Shown: positions 1-5,046 of the stretch, in pieces
Layout of the letters: every line of letters begins with the position of its first letter
Numbering within the stretch: position 1 is the first letter of the stretch
Virus record (IMG/VR): IMGVR_UViG_2671180636_000004
Source of the DNA: a virus
Taxonomy: Duplodnaviria > Heunggongvirae > Uroviricota > Caudoviricetes
DNA: 5,046 nt
Strand: one strand, 5' to 3'
Program-made: the position numbers and the translations under genes
The notes under the pieces: model-generated
What the model saw: the letters and a program-made list of their open reading frames with translations, nothing else
The model's database searches: none
Told to the model about the DNA's origin: nothing

Positions 1-45
1 TGAACATAAAACACTATCAATAAGTTGGAGTCATCACCCCAATTT

Positions 46-59
46 TTTACGTACGTAAA
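46..59. repeat. Perfect 14-bp palindrome TTTACGTACGTAAA upstream of the porin gene; function unknown, possible regulator binding site
   Basis: Read directly from the sequence; the reverse complement is identical. It lies in the visible part of the porin upstream region before the N-mask. Confidence 0.5.
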
Positions 60-508
60 CCACTAAATGATATTTGCGAGAATGCTACCGAGTATTGAAA
101 ACACCACTACANNNNNNNNNNNNNNNNNNNNNNNNNNNNNNNNNNNNNNNNNNNNNNNNNNNNNNNNNNNNNNNNNNNNNNNNNNNNNNNNNNNNNNNNN
201 NNNNNNNNNNNNNNNNNNNNNNNNNNNNNNNNNNNNNNNNNNNNNNNNNNNNNNNNNNNNNNNNNNNNNNNNNNNNNNNNNNNNNNNNNNNNNNNNNNNN
301 NNNNNNNNNNNNNNNNNNNNNNNNNNNNNNNNNNNNNNNNNNNNNNNNNNNNNNNNNNNNNNNNNNNNNNNNNNNNNNNNNNNNNNNNNNNNNNNNNNNN
401 NNNNNNNNNNNNNNNNNNNNNNNNNNNNNNNNNNNNNNNNNNNNNNNNNNNNNNNNNNNNNNNNNNNNNNNNNNNNNNNNNNNNNNNNNNNNNNNNNNNN
501 NNNNNNNN

Positions 509-1594
509 NNNNNNNNNNNNNNNNNNNNNNNNNNNNNNNNNNNNNNNNNNNNNNNNNNNNNNNNNNNNGCTCAGGCAGCTGAAATTTATAATAAAGACAG
601 TAACAAGCTGGATCTGTACGGGAAAGTTAATGCTAAGCACTACTTCTCCTCTAATGATGCAGATGATGGTGATACTACTTATGCCCGTCTTGGCTTCAAA
701 GGTGAAACCCAAATCAACGATCAACTGACTGGTTTCGGTCAGTGGGAATATGAATTCAAAGGCAACCGCGCTGAATCTCAAGGTTCCTCCAAAGATAAAA
801 CCCGTCTTGCCTTCGCTGGCCTGAAATTCGGTGACTACGGCTCCATCGATTACGGCCGTAACTACGGTGTAGCATACGACATCGGTGCGTGGACTGACGT
901 CCTGCCAGAATTCGGTGGTGACACTTGGACTCAAACAGATGTGTTCATGACTGGTCGCACCACTGGTGTTGCAACTTATCGTAACAACGACTTCTTTGGT
1001 CTGGTTGATGGTCTGAACTTTGCTGCTCAGTATCAGGGTAAAAATGACCGCACTGACGTAACTGAAGCTAATGGTGATGGTTTCGGTTTCTCCACTACTT
1101 ATGAGTATGAAGGATTCGGTGTAGGTGCAACCTATGCTAAATCTGACCGCACTAATAATCAGGTTATCTACGGTAACAACAGCCTGAATGCATCTGGTCA
1201 AAATGCTGAAGTATGGGCAGCTGGTCTGAAATATGATGCGAACAACATCTATCTGGCTACCACCTATTCTGAAACCCAGAACATGACTGTTTTTGGTAAT
1301 AACCATATTGCCAACAAAGCACAAAACTTCGAAGTAGTTGCACAATATCAGTTCGACTTCGGTCTGCGTCCGTCCGTTGCTTACCTGCAATCTAAAGGAA
1401 AAGACTTGGGTGCGTGGGGTGATCAGGACCTGGTTGAATATATTGATGTAGGTGCAACCTATTACTTCAACAAAAATATGTCCACTTTTGTTGATTACAA
1501 AATCAACCTGATTGATAAGAGCGATTTCACGAAAGCATCTGGCGTTGCTACCGATGATATCGNNNNNNNNNNNNNNNNNNNNNNNNNNNNNNNN
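509..1594 (+). CDS. nmpC: General diffusion porin of the OmpC/OmpF/PhoE family (prophage NmpC/Lc type); both ends lie in masked sequence, so boundaries are estimates
   Basis: Visible portion is 569-1562. The translation starts ...AQA|[17 protein letters not shown] (signal-peptidase site followed by the typical mature porin N-terminus) and contains the PEFGGD loop-3 motif and alternating beta-strand pattern typical of enterobacterial trimeric porins. Start at about 509 assumes a 23-residue signal peptide; end assumes about 9 more residues plus stop after ...ASGVATDDI. The 74..2083 track ORF is an artefact of reading through N runs. Confidence 0.85.
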
Positions 1595-1945
1595 NNNNNN
1601 NNNNNNNNNNNNNNNNNNNNNNNNNNNNNNNNNNNNNNNNNNNNNNNNNNNNNNNNNNNNNNNNNNNNNNNNNNNNNNNNNNNNNNNNNNNNNNNNNNNN
1701 NNNNNNNNNNNNNNNNNNNNNNNNNNNNNNNNNNNNNNNNNNNNNNNNNNNNNNNNNNNNNNNNNNNNNNNNNNNNNNNNNNNNNNNNNNNNNNNNNNNN
1801 NNNNNNNNNNNNNNNNNNNNNNNNNNNNNNNNNNNNNNNNNNNNNNNNNNNNNNNNNNNNNNNNNNNNNNNNNNNNNNNNNNNNNNNNNNNNNNNNNNNN
1901 NNNNNNNNNNNNNNNNNNNNNNNNNNNNNNNNNNNNNNNNNNNNN

Positions 1946-2329
1946 NNNNNNNNNNNNNNNNNNNNNNNNNNNNNNNNNNNNNNNNNNNNNNNNNNNNNNN
2001 NNNNNNNNNNNNNNNNNNNNNNNNNNNNNNNNNNNNNNNNNNNNNNNNNNNNNNNNNNNNNNNCAATGCTTACCTGCCAGTGACATGAATGTCATACCGA
2101 CTACATAATAATCTACTAATAAATCGTGCAAATCGCTGTTGTTCTTTTTCAGACGGGCCATGCACCCGCAAATAATCATCGCGTCATCGTCACAACATTG
2201 CGGGCGAGATTTTACTTTTGAAGTAATTAATCCCTTAAAACCGGCGGCAATGGACGACCAGGTCACATCTTCATGATTATTAGCCGCCCACGCTCCCCAA
2301 CGCTCAAGAACCATCTGAATATCACGCAT
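1946..2329 (-). CDS. quuD: Late-gene antiterminator Q (DLP12/phage 82-type Q family); 3' part masked, end estimated from recalled length of about 127 aa
   Basis: Visible 2064-2329 translates to [64 protein letters not shown]..., with a Cys-rich segment. ATG at 2329-2327 is preceded by GGAG at 7 nt spacing. The track ORF begins at an in-frame TTG at 2344 (MWSKLM...), but the ATG at 2329 with an SD is the more plausible start. Position immediately downstream of rusA/ylcG matches lambdoid gene order. Confidence 0.8.
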
Positions 2330-2414
2330 CAACTTACTCCACAAAAATCAGACCAGAACGCCAATTACAAGCAAAAATCAACAAAACAGTATTAGTTGAT
2401 TGTTATCTCTGACT

Positions 2415-2555
2415 TCATACTCCTGCTCCTGTCAGGGTTTTGGCGTAATTCTTCAGTATTCGGTAATCGGTCAAAACAGAACCGGGGAAACGATATAAGC
2501 GCAGATGCCCCCAGCGGTGGCGAAGAAGTTCTGCCATATAAAACTCAAACATCAT
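2415..2555 (-). CDS. ylcG: Small 46-aa protein between rusA and Q (YlcG-like); below the ORF-track cutoff, found by hand translation
   Basis: Minus-strand ORF reads [46 protein letters not shown]. Its ATG (2555-2553) overlaps the rusA stop TGA (2554-2552) in an ATGA arrangement. Length and position match what I recall for DLP12 ylcG; the sequence identity itself is not verified. Confidence 0.5.
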   Translation of the reverse strand: MMFEFYMAELLRHRWGHLRLYRFPGSVLTDYRILKNYAKTLTGAGV

Positions 2556-2938
2556 TCATTCCCCATTTCGGTGATGGTCAGTTCCAGCCTCCCACCTTTG
2601 GTAACAGGCATCTTCACAACGCGGTAATCAACGACCTGAGCATCATCCAGCCAGAAACCTGCTTTGGTGAGTGCGTCAAAAGCGGCTTTTTGCAGATTAT
2701 CCAGGTCACGGCGACGGCGATCCGGCATGTGGCACTCAATACGGATTTTCACTGGCATAGCCAGGCCGATATCCAGCATTGCGTTTTTAATGATTCGGGT
2801 GACGTTATCGCGGTATGCCTGCCCTTCTGCGCTGATGTGTGTGCGCCCGCGATTATGGCGGTAATAGCGGTTATTGCTCGGAGGCCAGGGNNNNNNNNNN
2901 NNNNNNNNNNNNNNNNNNNNNATGCTGTAGGTATTCAC
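2552..2938 (-). CDS. rusA: Holliday-junction resolvase RusA (crossover junction endodeoxyribonuclease)
   Basis: Translation MNTYS[masked][30 protein letters not shown]...[63 protein letters not shown] matches RusA as I recall it. Start codon is GTG at 2938-2936, overlapping the ybcO stop (GTGA). Codons 2891-2921 are N-masked. Confidence 0.9.
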   Translation of the reverse strand: MNTYSXXXXXXXXXXXPWPPSNNRYYRHNRGRTHISAEGQAYRDNVTRIIKNAMLDIGLAMPVKIRIECHMPDRRRRDLDNLQKAAFDALTKAGFWLDDAQVVDYRVVKMPVTKGGRLELTITEMGNE

Positions 2939-3225
2939 GCCTTAATAACCCCCTCTTTCAGCCAGATAACCTGCGTTCTCGCCATACCTTCCAGCGCGCA
3001 TTCTTTTGCATACTCAGCATCGACAAAATATGTGCGGCGGTCGATTTCGTCGTGACAGGCAGAACATGCAATGGTGGCAATCAGGTCTGGCGGTTTGATA
3101 CCGGTACCGCACAATCCAGCCAGCCGGATATGTGCCAGTACTGACGTTTCAGGATTGCCATTACATACGCCAGGGATTCTTACCTGGCATTCCCGACCAC
3201 GCGCTGCTTTTCTCAAATCAGCCAT
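2935..3225 (-). CDS. ybcO: YbcO-like prophage protein (DUF1364 family, putative nuclease), 96 aa
   Basis: Translation [99 protein letters not shown] at 3225-3223 is preceded by GGAGG (complement of 3230-3234). The track ORF extends to an upstream in-frame start at 3264, but the SD-supported ATG at 3225 is preferred. Stop TGA at 2937-2935. Confidence 0.85.
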   Translation of the reverse strand: MADLRKAARGRECQVRIPGVCNGNPETSVLAHIRLAGLCGTGIKPPDLIATIACSACHDEIDRRTYFVDAEYAKECALEGMARTQVIWLKEGVIKA

Positions 3226-3388
3226 GATTCCTCCTTGCTGCCAGTCGCAACCATTTTTTATCAACCAGGCTAGCGGTATATCCGAGCAGTGTTGGTATTT
3301 CGGATGGCTTCAGCTCAGGCTTACGCTTACGACGATTTGATACTCTGTAGATGTGCCCGTTCATGACACGAATAAGCGGTGTAGCCAT
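3218..3388 (-). CDS. ninE: NinE-like small protein, 56 aa; not in the ORF track, found by hand translation
   Basis: Minus-strand translation from ATG 3388-3386: MATPLIRVMNGHIYRVSNRRKRKPELKPSEIPTLLGYTASLVDKKWLRLAARRNHG*. AGGAGG SD lies upstream. The start overlaps the ybcN stop (TAATG) and the stop TGA (3220-3218) overlaps the first codons of ybcO. Confidence 0.75.
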   Translation of the reverse strand: MATPLIRVMNGHIYRVSNRRKRKPELKPSEIPTLLGYTASLVDKKWLRLAARRNHG

Positions 3389-3843
3389 TACGCCTCCTGC
3401 TTATCGCGCAGCTGCTGGTATTCACAGCTCTGCAGAATTGTCAGGTGGCAGCCGATATTCATCGCCCAGGCTTCGACTTTGCACAGGAAGATGTACATCT
3501 CGCCGGTTTCCAGCTCTGACGTATGGCGGAGGGATTGGACGGTGGTGACCTCGCCGGACACGACATCTACACGGTCTTTGCTTTCGTAGCCGAGATAGGT
3601 GTGCTTCATCGCGTCTTTGACCCACTCAGGCGTAGCGAAGGTCTTGCCGCGGGCGATGAGATATTCGCTGATCTCCGTGTACCACATGTGGCTGAGCGCG
3701 TTCTGCGACAGGCTGCGCTTCTCGCGCCACGGCTTAACCTGCAGGCGTAAGCATTGCCCGGCATCCAGCAATGGCTGAATCTGCTGGCCGATGGCCGCGA
3801 AGTTACCGCGATGGAGTTTGATGCCGTCTACTGGCAGAGTCAT
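3388..3843 (-). CDS. ybcN: YbcN-like prophage protein (DLP12 nin-region protein, reported DNA base-flipping protein), 151 aa
   Basis: Translation MTLPVDGIKLHRGNFAAIGQQIQPLLDAGQCLRLQVKPWREKRSLSQNALSHMWYTEISEYLIARGKTFATPEWVKDAMKHTYLGYESKDRVDVVSGEVTTVQSLRHTSELETGEMYIFLCKVEAWAMNIGCHLTILQSCEYQQLRDKQEA. ATG at 3843-3841 is preceded by GGGAGG. Stop TAA at 3390-3388. Confidence 0.85.
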   Translation of the reverse strand: MTLPVDGIKLHRGNFAAIGQQIQPLLDAGQCLRLQVKPWREKRSLSQNALSHMWYTEISEYLIARGKTFATPEWVKDAMKHTYLGYESKDRVDVVSGEVTTVQSLRHTSELETGEMYIFLCKVEAWAMNIGCHLTILQSCEYQQLRDKQEA

Positions 3844-3935
3844 ACGGCCTCCCTAACGGAAACCGCAGAATGCAGAAAATCGCAGGTGCATTTCTGCATC
3901 TGTGACAAGGTGATGAGTTCAGATTGTGGTCGCAT
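3840..3935 (-). CDS. Small 31-aa ORF translationally coupled to ybcN (possibly the ylcH equivalent); hypothetical
   Basis: Hand translation of the minus strand: MRPQSELITLSQMQKCTCDFLHSAVSVREAV*. ATG at 3935-3933 is preceded by AAGGGGA. Its stop TGA (3842-3840) overlaps the ybcN ATG (ATGA). Too short for the ORF track; assignment is positional only. Confidence 0.4.
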   Translation of the reverse strand: MRPQSELITLSQMQKCTCDFLHSAVSVREAV

Positions 3936-3954
3936 TTAAGTCCCCTTAAATGCG
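3931..3954. repeat. Inverted repeat (10-bp arms CGCATTTAAG / CTTAAATGCG, 4-nt spacer) covering the SD and start codon of the ylcH-like ORF at the GC-normal/AT-rich junction
   Basis: Read directly from the sequence; arms are exact reverse complements. No U-tract on either strand, so it is not a canonical intrinsic terminator. Confidence 0.5.
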
Positions 3955-4107
3955 CAGAAGTCACCGGAGTTGTTCAGGCTCCGATGAGAGGATTATGGCG
4001 GATTGATTACGATAAATCAAAACTATCTTGAAGCCAAAACAGTGATCTTCGCTTTAAAAACCTTGTATACTTTCACCTAATCACAGCCAGAACTATGGAT
4101 CTAACCA

Positions 4108-4485
4108 ATGACCAACAAAGAAAACAAAGATAAATATATTAACAAGTTCAAGAAAGAGCTTTCAAAATATATACAACCAACTGCTGGAGTGGACATTCAA
4201 TTATTTAACTCTAAGGATGGTGGTGGTGTAATTAAAGCCACTTTGAATAGAAGTGGAAAAAGAAAATCATCTATTGCTGGTAATTTTACTAAATTAGGTG
4301 AGGCAATTACCTCGAGTGGGCAGAGGGTTTTTGGTGGTGATCTATCAAATGTGAATTTTTACGGAACAAATACGATTTTTGATGGAGATACAATATTTTT
4401 AATTAAATCACCTGATTCAGAGGAGTGGTCATCACAAAAAGCTTCCAAAGACGTAGAGGGCATCGTATTTGGAGGGAAAAAATGA
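4108..4485 (+). CDS. Hypothetical protein, 125 aa, lysine-rich N-terminus and Gly-rich motifs (GGGV, FGGD, FGG); no recognisable family; first gene of the AT-rich cassette
   Basis: Uninterrupted 126-codon frame in AT-rich DNA, where stop codons are frequent by chance, so a long open frame is unlikely to be random. The upstream in-frame codon 4102-4104 is TAA, so ATG 4108 is the first possible start. Only a weak SD-like GGAT lies 7 nt upstream. No hydrophobic N-terminus, so probably cytoplasmic. Confidence 0.6.
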   Translation: MTNKENKDKYINKFKKELSKYIQPTAGVDIQLFNSKDGGGVIKATLNRSGKRKSSIAGNFTKLGEAITSSGQRVFGGDLSNVNFYGTNTIFDGDTIFLIKSPDSEEWSSQKASKDVEGIVFGGKK

Positions 4486-4567
4486 TTAACATTACTACTA
4501 AGGATGCACTCAAGTCAGTGGTGAAGTAAGAGATCTAGTAATTCTTCTTGAAACTGATGGAAAAACG

Positions 4568-4909
4568 GTGTCTGATTATTTGCAGCCAATCCCTCCCAAA
4601 AAAGATACACACTGGAGCATGATTTTCATTCCGGTAGCAATTTATATACTACTTAATCTTGTATACATTATTGCTCACCCATTATTTCCTGAAAAATATC
4701 TAAAAACATCAACATCTATATTTCTATTCATTTCCTTCATATTAAGTGCAATAGTAGCATATTTTGTTTTCCATAAGCATAAATCTGCCACTCTATCCAT
4801 ATGCAGCTTAGTGTTCTTAGTGTTAATTGTAGGTGCTAACGTAGGGTTTATCAGTTACAGCGACCTAACACAAAAAGCGACGCAAAAATTAGATAGTTTG
4901 TCTAAATAA
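4568..4909 (+). CDS. Hypothetical small integral membrane protein, 113 aa from GTG 4568 (or about 96 aa from ATG 4619), three predicted transmembrane helices; second gene of the AT-rich cassette
   Basis: Open frame in AT-rich DNA on the same strand, 82 nt downstream of the previous ORF. Three hydrophobic stretches of about 19-20 residues (MIFIPVAIYILLNLVYIIA, SIFLFISFILSAIVAYFVF, LSICSLVFLVLIVGANVGFI) are separated by short charged loops. The first in-frame start is GTG 4568 (weak GGA 6 nt upstream); the alternative ATG 4619 has GGAG only 1 nt upstream, so the true start is uncertain. Confidence 0.6.
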   Translation: MSDYLQPIPPKKDTHWSMIFIPVAIYILLNLVYIIAHPLFPEKYLKTSTSIFLFISFILSAIVAYFVFHKHKSATLSICSLVFLVLIVGANVGFISYSDLTQKATQKLDSLSK

Positions 4910-4916
4910 TTATGTT

Positions 4917-4937
4917 GCCATGCGAAGTATGCATGGC
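4917..4937. repeat. Inverted repeat (7-bp arms GCCATGC / GCATGGC, 7-nt loop) 8 nt downstream of the cassette's second ORF; possible weak terminator or binding site
   Basis: Read directly from the sequence. No adjacent T-tract, so a terminator role is uncertain. Confidence 0.35.
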
Positions 4938-4951
4938 TGCATGTCTGCCTT

Positions 4952-4964
4952 CCATTTAAAATGG
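4952..4964. repeat. Perfect 13-bp palindrome CCATTTAAAATGG; function unknown
   Basis: Read directly from the sequence (6-bp arms around a central A). Confidence 0.35.
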
Positions 4965-5046
4965 GCTAAGACCTATAACCCTAAATATTATTCTTTATTA
5001 TCTTCTTTACCACTTCGGTGATGCTGCCAACTTACTGATTTAGTGT

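Noticed and set aside
1-111. Possible start of a divergent holin gene (essD-like) on the minus strand upstream of the porin
   Set aside because: The minus-strand frames here either stop within a few codons or lack a plausible start; no holin-like sequence is visible. If present, it lies outside the window or in the masked region.
1563-2063. IS5-type insertion in the porin 3' end, as in E. coli K-12 nmpC
   Set aside because: The masked interval between the estimated porin and quuD ends is only about 350 bp, far too short for an IS element if masking preserves length. It cannot be excluded if the mask does not preserve length.
67-2344. Long track ORFs 67..582 (+), 74..2083 (+), 107..2344 (-), 1512..2108 (+) and 1548..2066 (-)
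   Set aside because: They are open only because N runs translate as X with no stops. The real genes are the porin (visible 569-1562, +) and quuD (visible 2064-2329, -); the rest is artefact.
2396-3939. Plus-strand ORFs 2396..3055, 2664..2864, 2839..3144, 3071..3340, 3351..3548, 3353..3589, 3523..3750, 3754..3939 and minus-strand 3422..3625
   Set aside because: They are antisense or alternate-frame overlaps of the recognisable rusA, ybcO, ninE and ybcN genes, and have no SD-supported starts or recognisable products.
3931-4937. Hairpins at 3931-3954 and 4917-4937 as Rho-independent terminators
   Set aside because: Neither is followed by a T/U-tract on either strand, so they are reported only as inverted repeats of unknown function.
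4988-5046. Partial minus-strand ORF at the right edge (18 codons visible)
   Set aside because: Too short and truncated by the window to call as a gene; mentioned only as context in a finding.
1-5046. CRISPR arrays, tRNA/rRNA genes, transposase genes or terminal inverted repeats of IS elements
   Set aside because: No regularly spaced direct repeats, no tRNA-like cloverleaf candidates and no transposase-like ORFs are present in the visible sequence.

Overview
This window is the nin/Q/porin segment of a DLP12-like lambdoid prophage from an enterobacterium (E. coli/Shigella type), plus an AT-rich two-gene cassette of unknown function that I flag as the candidate novel system. Three N-masked runs (112-568, 1563-2063, 2891-2921) hide the porin 5' end, the porin/quuD 3' ends with their intergenic region, and about 10 codons of rusA. 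On the + strand there is an OmpC/OmpF-family porin gene (NmpC/Lc type, visible 569-1562). On the - strand there is a chain of small, translationally coupled genes: a possible ylcH, then ybcN, ninE, ybcO, rusA, ylcG and the Q antiterminator quuD, which is convergent with the porin. ninE, ylcG and the ylcH-like ORF are below the ORF-track length cutoff and were found by hand translation. From about 4000 to the end, the sequence drops sharply in GC and carries two + strand ORFs (4108-4485, a lysine- and glycine-rich soluble protein; 4568-4909, a small three-helix membrane protein) with no family I can recognise. No tRNA, rRNA, CRISPR array or IS element is visible. Product names are from recognition of the translated sequences and gene order, not from any search; all coordinates and overlaps were read directly from the sequence.
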